Source of the DNA: a virus
Lineage: Duplodnaviria; Caudoviricetes
Length of the DNA stretch: 59,819 nt
Virus record (IMG/VR): IMGVR_UViG_3300044710_000061
Span: 1 to 59,819 of that record
Strand: one strand, 5' to 3'
Below are positions 36,737 to 45,379 of the stretch, in pieces. A model generated the notes under the pieces. That model did not search any database and had not been told where the DNA came from. It saw only the letters and a list, made by a program, of their open reading frames with translations. Every line of letters starts with the position of its first letter. Positions within the stretch are counted from its first letter, which is position 1. Both the position numbers and the translations under genes were made by a program.

Positions 36737-39072
36737 TGCTGCGCCAACACAAGCGTACCAGCTACGCGGCCAGATCCGCTTTGAAGAAGGCACACGTTGT
36801 TCAAGCTGGTTAGCGAGCCGGCCGCTACAGGCGCCGCGCCATTGCCTAGTGTAAGACCGCCGTTAGCCGCGAAGTTTGGTCCATTGGCTGCGGTCGTGCT
36901 GCCAATGATTGCCGCTGGCGTGGTGGCACAAACGGTGCCCGTTCCCTCAACGAGGGAAACGTTCTCAGCATCCGCGCCCACAACCGCGATCGAACAAACG
37001 TAGTTCTTCTTGGAAGAGCCGCCGAGAGACGCAAGTTGCGTACTCGCGGTTTGGCTGATCGGAATATAAGAGATCGTGCCGGTGATACACGGATTGGCGA
37101 CTACTGCAGTGCCGTTAAACGATGAAAAATCGGTGAGCAGACCACGGGCGGCCGTGATGCCGACCGTACAGGAATGACCGGTGACGCATGCCGTGGCCCC
37201 GCCCGAAGTGAACTGCCCGGCAATCTGCGAGGATACCGTGGTGCCAGCGGTGAATGTGCCTGCATCCGCGGTTATGCCCCAACTCGCAGCCGTACCCGGA
37301 TTGGCAAGGATCGGCGTCATGGACGCCACTCCCTGGACAGTGAGGACATTGGCAGACGCAGAGCCGGCCGTACCTGGCGCAGAGCCTGCAATGGTCGTCG
37401 TGTCCTGTCCTACGGCTACACGTTCGGAACCTGTTCCAACCGCTCCAGCGCCCGTCAGAATGGTTACGGCGTTGACCTGCGCGAGATTCGTTGAAATTGC
37501 GCTTTGGTTGCTTGCGATCGCAACCGGAGAGCTGTTGGCCATCGTGGCTTGGCCATTCGCGTTAGCATTGGTTACGAACGCATTAACGCCGATCACTTCT
37601 ACCGCGCCGGGACTTGTCCCATAATTGGATGGCGATCCGAGGGCTGACCCTGCCAGCTTGTTAAGATTGACGAAAATATTGCGATCGTTGGTCAGCTGGA
37701 CTGCGCCGGCCTGACCTGACGTAAGATTGCTGATCGCACTATTGAAAATGCCGCCAATCGCCGTAAACGATGTCGTTCCCTGCGTGAACGTGCCCTCATC
37801 GGCAAGGCTTGATCCACCAGAGCTCGAGCATCCTGTGACGCAATTGATCCTTAGATTACCGGCCGTATCCAAGGATAGCGGATCAGTCTGCGCTGTGGTG
37901 TAAGTTGGCGCACCTGTCGTCACAGCGCCCATAATCAGGTGACCAGTCTGCCCTGACGTCGTGGACGCTATCGCCGCATTGGTTGGCTGAAGAGCCGACG
38001 TAGATGCCCCCGTGGGCAGCGGAAGAGAAGCTGCGCTGATCGCCAGCGCAGTCATCGACGCTATGCCCTGAACGGTCACGACATTTGTCGAAGCAGTGCC
38101 GGCCGTGCCCGGAGCGGATCCGGCAATCGTCGCCGTATCAGTTCCAACCGCTACGCGCTGGGAACCAGTGCCAACCGCACCTGTTCCCGTCAGGACAGTA
38201 ACGCCATTTACCGTGCTGGTGTCGGTAAGAAAGCCGCGCCCAGAAGTAATGCCGACCAAGCACTGATGGCCCGTGACGCAAGCCGTGGCGCCGCCGCTTG
38301 TGAATTGGCCGCCGGCCGGCGCAAATGTGGATGTGCCCGCGGTAAAAGTGGCGGCATCTGCAGCGCTGGCACCGGAGCCCGAGCAATTCGCGCACTGGAC
38401 ATTTAGATTGTTCGATGTCGAGGCGATGACGTTGCCAGAACCATCGACTATTTGGGTCTTCTGATTGGCGTTCGTCTGATTGGCCGAGGTGGCCAGCGCG
38501 GACGTGTTTAGATTCGTTCCAGCATTGGCTGTGACGCTGCCACCGGTGTTCTGCATCGGTGTTCCAAGCGTCGTATTAATCGTGGTGAGTGTGCTATTGC
38601 CGGTCGTCTGAAGCGCAGACGTCGCCGCTCCGGTGGGCAATGGCAGGGCGGACGCGCTCACGGCAAGCGCCGTCATCGAGGCAATGCCTTGCACCGTAAG
38701 GACGTCTGTCGATGCCGTACCAGCCGTGCCAAGCGCCGGCTGTTTGGCGGAAGTCGATGCCCCGGTAGGGAGGGGAAGAGAGGCTGCCGTTATCGCGACG
38801 CTATTGTTCGGGCTGACTGCCACCACCATCGCGGGATCTGTCGCGCCAGCGGCAGTGCTCGCCGCCTTGACCGCGGCACATTGAGCCGCTGCGGTGCCAT
38901 CGCAAATACCGTTCATCCAAACGAAATTGCCTGACCCGTCCGTAATGACATCCCACGTATGGGTGGCACCGGACGCGTCCTTACCAGTGACCGTGCCGGC
39001 GCCGGCAAACGCGTCCGTGGAGAACAGCCCGCATAGAGCGGCGAGAAGCACCAGCCTACTGAGCGTCAACAT
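36733..39072 (-). CDS. Exported repetitive fibre-like protein
   Basis: Signal peptide ending AFA|G; internal repeats LPLPTGA(S/A)TSA, GTAGTAS-x-VLTVQG(I/V)ASMT and GQFTSGGATACVTGH. Confidence 0.75.
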   Translation of the reverse strand: MLTLSRLVLLAALCGLFSTDAFAGAGTVTGKDASGATHTWDVITDGSGNFVWMNGICDGTAAAQCAAVKAASTAAGATDPAMVVAVSPNNSVAITAASLPLPTGASTSAKQPALGTAGTASTDVLTVQGIASMTALAVSASALPLPTGAATSALQTTGNSTLTTINTTLGTPMQNTGGSVTANAGTNLNTSALATSANQTNANQKTQIVDGSGNVIASTSNNLNVQCANCSGSGASAADAATFTAGTSTFAPAGGQFTSGGATACVTGHQCLVGITSGRGFLTDTSTVNGVTVLTGTGAVGTGSQRVAVGTDTATIAGSAPGTAGTASTNVVTVQGIASMTALAISAASLPLPTGASTSALQPTNAAIASTTSGQTGHLIMGAVTTGAPTYTTAQTDPLSLDTAGNLRINCVTGCSSSGGSSLADEGTFTQGTTSFTAIGGIFNSAISNLTSGQAGAVQLTNDRNIFVNLNKLAGSALGSPSNYGTSPGAVEVIGVNAFVTNANANGQATMANSSPVAIASNQSAISTNLAQVNAVTILTGAGAVGTGSERVAVGQDTTTIAGSAPGTAGSASANVLTVQGVASMTPILANPGTAASWGITADAGTFTAGTTVSSQIAGQFTSGGATACVTGHSCTVGITAARGLLTDFSSFNGTAVVANPCITGTISYIPISQTASTQLASLGGSSKKNYVCSIAVVGADAENVSLVEGTGTVCATTPAAIIGSTTAANGPNFAANGGLTLGNGAAPVAAGSLTSLNNVCLLQSGSGRVAGTLVLAQQ

Positions 39073-39757
39073 AGATGCTGTCTCCAGTCGTGGAGCATGT
39101 GGCGTAAATCGCGTCTGACGGAACCAGCGGATAATAGCGCGTGAACGGCTGGCCAGGGTTGAGGATCAATGCCGCCATTCCCGCCTGGACCGTGTTTCCG
39201 CCAATCGTGAAATTTGTTGATGTCGTTGTCGTTCCAGGAACAATCTGGCTATCTATGTTTGTCCCGAAAACCAGATAGCAGACGTCAGTGCCGCTGATCT
39301 GATTGTTCTGGATTGTAAGAGACTTGCGGGTACCTGTAGCTAGGATCGTCTGGAACGTGAGCCCGGTAGTTACCGTTACTGCGTGATTGACGGTCGTTGC
39401 GGCGCCAGCGCCTGGGGTTGTAACACCCGCATAGACGCCCTTTAGGGCCGCAATGACTGTGGCATTCCCAGATCCCGTAAAGGCCGTGTCGCTTGTTGTT
39501 CCGAGGTCGGGATTACGCGTGACCAGCGCCGGATCAGTCTGCGCAGCAGCCGTCGAAGCCGCCTTAACTGCCGAACACTGAGCAGCCGCGGTTCCGTCAC
39601 AGACGCCATGTTCCCAGACATAATTGCCGCTACCATCGGTAATGACATCAAACGTGCGGGTAACGCCACCGGCATCCTTGCCCGTGACCGTCGTACTACC
39701 AGCGAAGGCAGGTGAGGCAAGGAAAACTAGAAGCGCGGCGGCGCCAAGCCATCTCAT
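39056..39757 (-). CDS. Exported protein, paralog of the N-terminus of 36733..39072
   Basis: Signal peptide ending PAFA|G; shares TVTGKDA...DVITDGSGN.VW..G.CDGTAAAQC.AVKAASTAA. Confidence 0.75.
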   Translation of the reverse strand: MRWLGAAALLVFLASPAFAGSTTVTGKDAGGVTRTFDVITDGSGNYVWEHGVCDGTAAAQCSAVKAASTAAAQTDPALVTRNPDLGTTSDTAFTGSGNATVIAALKGVYAGVTTPGAGAATTVNHAVTVTTGLTFQTILATGTRKSLTIQNNQISGTDVCYLVFGTNIDSQIVPGTTTTSTNFTIGGNTVQAGMAALILNPGQPFTRYYPLVPSDAIYATCSTTGDSIYVDAQ

Positions 39758-39996
39758 TTTTGAGGCTCTTGGCCCTTCGGCTGGTCAGAATTGTCCTTGT
39801 GCTCGACCACTTCCATCGCCGAGTTCAGCTTGTTCAGCAGATATACCGTGATCGGGGCAACCTGGATGCCCTCGGACTTCGTCGCGCTGTCTAAAACGCG
39901 ACGGAGCGCCGTTTGCTCCTGGTCATTCAGGATGATCATCACGTCTTTGGCGCGCACCGATGTCGAAAGAGCTATCAGAATAAGCAAAATCCTCAT
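39754..39996 (-). CDS. Small exported helical protein
   Basis: MRILLILIALSTSVRA|K. Confidence 0.65.
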   Translation of the reverse strand: MRILLILIALSTSVRAKDVMIILNDQEQTALRRVLDSATKSEGIQVAPITVYLLNKLNSAMEVVEHKDNSDQPKGQEPQK

Positions 39997-40226
39997 TAAC
40001 CACCCATCCAAGCAATGTTGCAGCCACTTTGTGAAAGGTCAGTCCCGCCGAAAGCACACGTAGATGACGAGGGGCACGGCGCACCAGAGTCGCCAATCGT
40101 CAGCGCATCAATCCAAACCACGCAATTGCCCGGCGTAATCGGGCCTTGAATGCTGAAAACCGGCGTTTGGGCTTCAGTAATGGTGGCAGGAATCAGAGCC
40201 AAGGCAGCGGCCAGTAACGCTTTCAT
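39996..40226 (-). CDS. Small exported Cys-rich protein
   Basis: MKALLAAALALIPATITEA|Q; ends DLSQSGCNIAWMGG. Confidence 0.65.
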   Translation of the reverse strand: MKALLAAALALIPATITEAQTPVFSIQGPITPGNCVVWIDALTIGDSGAPCPSSSTCAFGGTDLSQSGCNIAWMGG

Positions 40227-40423
40227 CCACCCATCCATATGATGTTGCACCCAGCAACCGAGAAATCGAGCTGTCCATCCCCGCACGGTGTCGGCGGCGT
40301 GCCGCCACCAGCCCCTTGCCCCACAAAGGTCGTCAGCAATTGGCTGTTGGCCACTTGACTCGGAATTGCCGCAACGAGCATGCCGAGGACCACCGCAGCG
40401 GCCCTAAAGAGGGCTGTTGTCAT
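40223..40423 (-). CDS. Small exported Cys-containing peptide
   Basis: Signal peptide; ends DFSVAGCNIIWMGG. Confidence 0.6.
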   Translation of the reverse strand: MTTALFRAAAVVLGMLVAAIPSQVANSQLLTTFVGQGAGGGTPPTPCGDGQLDFSVAGCNIIWMGG

Positions 40424-40847
40424 AGTAGACAATGGCCTGAACGGCGGACCCAGCAGTCGTGTTTATGCACAAATCATTGCCGGGAGGCGCCTCTAGCCCA
40501 CGGAATACCGAAGAGTTGTCCGCAATGCCGCTAATCCCGGTCACAGTGCCCCACTGATAGGCCGGCGTAATCTTCGTGGTGCCGGTCCCGCAGTTCGTGC
40601 CCGTGCCATAGATCAGACTGACGTTTACGGAACCCGACGATGAGGCAAAGTTAAACCCGCACACAAAAATTGCCGTACCAGTACTGACCACAAGGCGTGT
40701 GGCGCCGTTCGTACTCGCATCATAGATGACCGACTTGCCGCACGTGCGTTGCGTCGTGGTGCCCTGCGCTGCCACCTGGCCGGGTGCGAGTAAGCCAAGC
40801 AGCAGCGCGAGAGCCAAGAGCCGTAGCAGGCTAGAGGGGGCAAGCAT
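40404..40847 (-). CDS. Exported beta-sandwich protein, paralog of the C-terminal domain of 36733..39072
   Basis: Signal peptide ending VAA|Q; FVCG...NVSLIYGTGTNC matches YVCS...NVSLVEGTGTVC. Confidence 0.7.
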   Translation of the reverse strand: MLAPSSLLRLLALALLLGLLAPGQVAAQGTTTQRTCGKSVIYDASTNGATRLVVSTGTAIFVCGFNFASSSGSVNVSLIYGTGTNCGTGTTKITPAYQWGTVTGISGIADNSSVFRGLEAPPGNDLCINTTAGSAVQAIVYYDNSPL

Positions 40848-40870
40848 GTTGCGGCTCCTGTCGGGAGATA

Positions 40871-41563
40871 TCAGATGTACCGATACCAAGTTGTGTTAGC
40901 CACTTGGTAAATCCAACATGCTGACGTCAGGACATACGTTGCCGAACCAGTGGTAACCTGAACACCCAATGTGGTCGGCGTGGTGCCCCCAGCAAATACT
41001 TGGCCAGACGTGCCGGCATTGACCGCGGTCAGCGTAAGAATGCCAGTGCCTGCGTTATCAATGCAAAACGTCTGATTCTGCATCGGATTGGGAGGCAACG
41101 TGATTGTCGCAAACGTTGCTGAGCCAGCGCCCGTGTAAATGTACTTCTGAATACCGTTGGCAACGACAGGGTTCTGCCCTGTTCCGGTCGTGGAATTGAT
41201 GACAAACCCGCCGTAACCGGTGCCGAGCGCCGTGACGGGCAATACTGCAGTCTGCGCGCCACCATTAGGCTGAGCCGTGCCGGGCGTATTGATATCAACC
41301 GGAACTACCTCGGTACCAACCAATGCAGGCGGCCCAGCAGGCTCCGTCACGGTGCAAATAACGTTCCCGGTAGTGGCATTGGCTGCCGCAGGCGTGCCGC
41401 TTTGGCCGGTAATGGTCTGCTGAGCTGGGCCTACAATATTGCTGCCAGAACAATAAGCAGCACCGCCAATAATCGGCATCGTCTGCCAGAGGCCACCGCC
41501 CCAGGCTAGCCCACCTGCAATGCAAACAGCCGCGGCTGCGGCAAGATATTTTGTCAACTTCAT
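40871..41563 (-). CDS. Exported structural-like protein
   Basis: AAGGAG SD, MKLTKYLAAAAAVCIAGGLAWG; C-terminal TITLPPNP...WYRYI beta domain. Confidence 0.7.
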   Translation of the reverse strand: MKLTKYLAAAAAVCIAGGLAWGGGLWQTMPIIGGAAYCSGSNIVGPAQQTITGQSGTPAAANATTGNVICTVTEPAGPPALVGTEVVPVDINTPGTAQPNGGAQTAVLPVTALGTGYGGFVINSTTGTGQNPVVANGIQKYIYTGAGSATFATITLPPNPMQNQTFCIDNAGTGILTLTAVNAGTSGQVFAGGTTPTTLGVQVTTGSATYVLTSACWIYQVANTTWYRYI

Positions 41564-41598
41564 GGTTCGCTCCTTGCTACAGCCGGCGTATGCCGGAA

Positions 41599-41784
41599 TT
41601 ACCATCCTGTCGGATCGATGCTTTTGGGGACGGGAGGGCATAGCATGTTGGCTATCGCCTTCACGCCTTTGAGCTCTCGTAGCCGCTCAATCTCATTGGC
41701 AGCCTCTTCGAGAAGATCAGCGCTATCGAGTAAGTCGTGCTCATCTTCGATGCTGCGCAACCGCTCAACGATATCAGTCACCAT
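41599..41784 (-). CDS. Small coiled-coil protein
   Basis: DIVERLR...EAANEIERLR motif common in small phage genes. Confidence 0.55.
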   Translation of the reverse strand: MVTDIVERLRSIEDEHDLLDSADLLEEAANEIERLRELKGVKAIANMLCPPVPKSIDPTGW

Positions 41785-42050
41785 TCCCCTCCCCAGCCAC
41801 CGCCGCGACCGCCCGTATAGGCACGATTGCCACCGCCCCAACTCCAGTCATAGCCGCCGCGAGGCGCATAAGACGGCGCCGGCCTCGGGGCGTAATAGCG
41901 CGGCGGATAATGCTGCGCGTAGCGCTCGGCATAGTGCCCGCCGCCGGCATAATAGCCTCGCCCAGGATAGGCATGGCCCCCGTAGTATTGGGCGCTGGCG
42001 GAAACGGCACTCATGGCAATCATAAAGGCAGCAACTGCAAGTCGCATCAT
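41778..42050 (-). CDS. Exported Tyr/Gly/Pro-rich peptide
   Basis: MMRLAVAAFMIAMSAVSASA|QYYGG. Confidence 0.6.
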   Translation of the reverse strand: MMRLAVAAFMIAMSAVSASAQYYGGHAYPGRGYYAGGGHYAERYAQHYPPRYYAPRPAPSYAPRGGYDWSWGGGNRAYTGGRGGGWGGEW

Positions 42051-42223
42051 GCTGCAGGGTCCTGCTGGCGCCTCACGCACTCTGGACAGGCAAGTTTTCG
42101 GTCGTGGCCAATTTCAACCAATTCACTCGCGCGCCCACGCCACCCACACCCACAAAAGATAAATCCCTCATGATCTTTCGTATGAGAAATTGGATCAATT
42201 GTTGCGGATGTAATGTGGGTCAT

Positions 42224-43039
42224 TCAACCATTCTCCCAAAGACGGCACCATCCCGAGCGCCTAATATCCTGCACAAGAGAACACGTCGGGCTTGTCATGT
42301 GGTCGCTGTACTCGCACGTGTGGCAGAATTCAGGCTCGTGGCCCTTCCGGTAATTCGCCTCGGTATGCGTCAGCTTGTTGTCGAGCTCGCCCCGCAATAG
42401 CTGCGTATGCGTCCGGAAAAGCCTTATGCCGCCCGGTGGCTCACCTTCCTTCGTGAAAGTCTCAACATCCACGTTGTGGCTAATCGGCTGCCCTAGCGCC
42501 TGCCAAGCCCTCAGAAGGCTATCCACGCGCAAATGAGATACGATGAGCACCGATTTGCCAGGATGTTTCGCAATCGCCTCATAGAGGCCCTGGAAGGCTC
42601 TGCGCTTGAACTGATTGAAGCTCTCTCCTTCCGGTACCGGCCTATCAGGCTTCTTGGTGTAAGCCGCTATCTGCGGCCCGGCCATGCTCATCGGCCGATT
42701 GGTAAGAATCCCCAGACCCCAAGGACGCAACTTGGCAGAAGCTCGTGGCTCCACATCCAGAATGCGCCCAATAATCTCTGCGCTCTCCTCAGAACGCGCC
42801 AGGTCAGAACAGCATATCGCCCCTATGCCCTTATCCTTGAGCTTCAGAGCGGCCTGCCTAGCATCCTCGGCGCCTTCCGCCGTGAGGGGGCATTGGCTCC
42901 AGCCACGCTCGCGATCGACAGATGCGGCCGACTCCGAATTGAGGATGGTCGCCCCATGCCGGGCAAGATAGAACGAGACCTCCGCCCCTTGCTTTGCCCC
43001 TTCTAGTATTTCCTTGCGGGAGAGTTCAGCCCGCATCAT
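42224..43039 (-). CDS. Histidine phosphatase fused to a HiPIP-like Cys domain
   Basis: RHG, SDLxR, GES and VSH phosphatase motifs; C-terminal CHTC-x9-C-x9-GWCRLW. Confidence 0.75.
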   Translation of the reverse strand: MMRAELSRKEILEGAKQGAEVSFYLARHGATILNSESAASVDRERGWSQCPLTAEGAEDARQAALKLKDKGIGAICCSDLARSEESAEIIGRILDVEPRASAKLRPWGLGILTNRPMSMAGPQIAAYTKKPDRPVPEGESFNQFKRRAFQGLYEAIAKHPGKSVLIVSHLRVDSLLRAWQALGQPISHNVDVETFTKEGEPPGGIRLFRTHTQLLRGELDNKLTHTEANYRKGHEPEFCHTCEYSDHMTSPTCSLVQDIRRSGWCRLWENG

Positions 43040-43129
43040 CAGTCCAAATACCCGCTATTGCAAAAGCCGATAGGACCAGAAACATCGTAACCACACACCA
43101 CACGTTCAAAATGTTGTTGTCGATCAAGA

Positions 43130-43474
43130 TCATTTTCTAAACTTCGCATATTGCTCTCCATATTGAGAGGCTTGATCAACGATCGCTGGCGCCCCTGCGC
43201 CGGGATCCACCTGCAGCCGGCAAACCCAGTGCCCCTCCGGCGTCGTGCCAATATGCTGGTAAACCACAATCCGGCCATCCAACTCGATGTGCACGGCGCC
43301 GTGATGCACCCGCATCCAGCGCCCCATGAGATTGTGCACGTCAATCACGGTCTTGAGAGGCAATCCTGCCTCGAGGTGATAACCGCCGGTATCGTCCTGG
43401 GTGAAAACGATTGGCTCGCAGATCATTCTTTCGGCAATACAACGTATGAATGCCAGATCGGCAACCCGCCCCAC
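43130..43474 (-). CDS. Hypothetical protein
   Basis: ORF on the operon strand. Confidence 0.45.
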   Translation of the reverse strand: MGRVADLAFIRCIAERMICEPIVFTQDDTGGYHLEAGLPLKTVIDVHNLMGRWMRVHHGAVHIELDGRIVVYQHIGTTPEGHWVCRLQVDPGAGAPAIVDQASQYGEQYAKFRK

Positions 43475-43568
43475 ACAACTAGAGGCATATCTCGCAGCTT
43501 CACAAATGAAGCAGGCACGAAAAACACCGTGCTGTCACTCCTGACCATCCGATGGCAAAACTGCTCGC

Positions 43569-43901
43569 TCATTTCCTGTCCTTGCCCAGCAATTGCCTTA
43601 CCGCCTCAATCCGGTCCGCATCAGTAATGCCGCCGATAATAACCGTGGTGTTGTTCGCCGGCCGGTCCTCGCCATGATCGACCTTGCGCGCGTGGATGTA
43701 GGGGGCTGAAGACTTCGCCATATCAGCCCGAAATGCCAAAGGCTGATCTTCGTCTTCCATCAGCGACAACATAAATTCAAGCGGCGTCATGCGAGCGCTA
43801 GCTACCGCGGCATCAAGCCTAGCCCTAACCGCCATCGTTTTTCTGTTTGGCGTTCCTTTTTTTCGGCCGCCTCTACGCTCGCCCGGCTTTGATCCAGGCA
43901 T
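43569..43901 (-). CDS. terS: Terminase small subunit candidate
   Basis: PGERRGGRKKGTPN, TPLEFML and A-x-x-x-APYIH motifs. Confidence 0.65.
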   Translation of the reverse strand: MPGSKPGERRGGRKKGTPNRKTMAVRARLDAAVASARMTPLEFMLSLMEDEDQPLAFRADMAKSSAPYIHARKVDHGEDRPANNTTVIIGGITDADRIEAVRQLLGKDRK

Positions 43902-44054
43902 TTACTACTCTCTGCTATTTGTTGCTATTTTGCCACACCTACCAATTAGGCCCATTTGGCAGCAGCTTATGGAGCCGCCAAACTGTATCGAGGCACGATC
44001 CGATTATAGCTGCTGCGAAGATTGCCAGCACCACGAAGACCCACGCTGGGCGTG

Positions 44055-44369
44055 TCATCGGTAGTTAATCCCAGGCAGGAACGGGAGTCCTGGGTTGTAG
44101 TAATCGTTGTATTGGTACTGTCGCCTAATGTTTGGGTAGTACGGGTACGGCGTGTAGTTGCGCGCCGGCGGTGCTGACCACCAGATATCGCCGCGGGAGT
44201 TATATCCGCCGCCTTGGGATGGGTTACGGCCTTGGTAGCGGCCGTCGATGTTGTAATCGGGGTATCGGTAATACTGGGCCGATGCGGCCCGAGCGAACAG
44301 CACCACCGCAATCACGACTAAGACGAATATTACAACCCCAAGAAGTATATCTATTGCTTTGCTGGCCAT
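44055..44369 (-). CDS. Membrane-anchored or exported Tyr/Pro-rich peptide
   Basis: Hydrophobic N-terminus, then ASA|QYY as in 41778..42050. Confidence 0.55.
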   Translation of the reverse strand: MASKAIDILLGVVIFVLVVIAVVLFARAASAQYYRYPDYNIDGRYQGRNPSQGGGYNSRGDIWWSAPPARNYTPYPYYPNIRRQYQYNDYYNPGLPFLPGINYR

Positions 44370-44386
44370 TTGCCGTTCTGTTGTGT

Positions 44387-44764
44387 TTATTCAATTCGGC
44401 TGGAGGCGGCCGCCCAATGTTTACTCAATTCGACTGGAGGCTTAGGCCCAAATTCATTCTGGGTGCCTTCTGCGCCAAACCACATGTATCTTTCGAAGAA
44501 AACCGTTAAGCTCCAAATCCTTGGAGCAAGGCTATCTTCATCGTGATGATTTTGAATCGCCGTAGCTGCCATTTTGCAGGCTTCTCGACGTATCCAAAAA
44601 GCGAATACTTTCTTCATGTTATGTCGCGTCTTGCCGCCCCGTAAAAGCCGCAAGCTGGCATGATGCCCAAGGGGCACCCACCGGGGTTCCAAAGACTTTC
44701 GTCTCGCGATCTCGAGAATGGGAAAGGGACCGGGCGCTTGATTTGGCGCCGCGGTCCTAGTCAC
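44387..44764 (-). CDS. Hypothetical protein (true start probably MKKVFAF)
   Basis: ORF on the operon strand; start uncertain. Confidence 0.35.
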   Translation of the reverse strand: MTRTAAPNQAPGPFPILEIARRKSLEPRWVPLGHHASLRLLRGGKTRHNMKKVFAFWIRREACKMAATAIQNHHDEDSLAPRIWSLTVFFERYMWFGAEGTQNEFGPKPPVELSKHWAAASSRIE

Positions 44765-44805
44765 GGGAGGGTCATCGGGGAGCGATGCGCCCTACCCTAT
44801 GTCAT

Positions 44806-44838
44806 GAAAAAACCCGGCAGCCTGAACCACCGGGTTTC
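44806..44838 (-). terminator. Intrinsic terminator ahead of the late genes
   Basis: Minus strand reads GAAACCCGG-loop-CCGGGTTTTTT. Confidence 0.6.
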
Positions 44839-44958
44839 GCAGATGACGTGTACGATTTGAACGTACGGCGGGCACCCTATAACAGCTAGCTCGCGGCACC
44901 CGTTTTGCTGAGCTTCACCCTTAGACCTCTCAGGCAACGTCACCCTGCGGGATAAACT

Positions 44959-45294
44959 TTACGCAACTTTTGCGAGTCTAGCTTTTGCTAATGTTGCTGC
45001 CAGCTGAGCTTTTCGTTCCTCCGAAAGCTGCACCCTCTCCCTCCAAGGATTAAACCCCGTACGGAACGGCCAGCTTGGACAGTTTACAGAAACGCAGCGA
45101 CGAACCTCTGCGGAGCTACCTGCACAGCAGTCGAGACACCGCGCTCGCAAAGCCTGTAAAATTGACAATGGCTGGAAGCCAAGTTCACGCAACTCGTCCT
45201 GAGACATTTTCCGGGGATCGCGACCAACCTTGACCGAGACCCCATCGATAACCTCGTCTTCCCAACCAATCTCGCGTTGCTTCTGTGATTTCAT
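44959..45294 (-). CDS. Cys-rich hypothetical protein
   Basis: ALRARCLDCC...EVRRC...CPSWPFR. Confidence 0.65.
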   Translation of the reverse strand: MKSQKQREIGWEDEVIDGVSVKVGRDPRKMSQDELRELGFQPLSILQALRARCLDCCAGSSAEVRRCVSVNCPSWPFRTGFNPWRERVQLSEERKAQLAATLAKARLAKVA

Positions 45295-45379
45295 GTACTA
45301 GCCCTCATAAATTTACAGAGGACATCTAAAATCTTTAAGGGAAATTACAAGGCTGCCGGACGACACTCGCCCACCTAAC

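Noticed and set aside
31330-41563. Host chromosomal island or assembly chimera
   Set aside because: The genes are co-oriented and tightly overlapped within the late operon, no mobility genes or junction repeats were seen, and the tailspike elsewhere shows the same signal-peptide trait.
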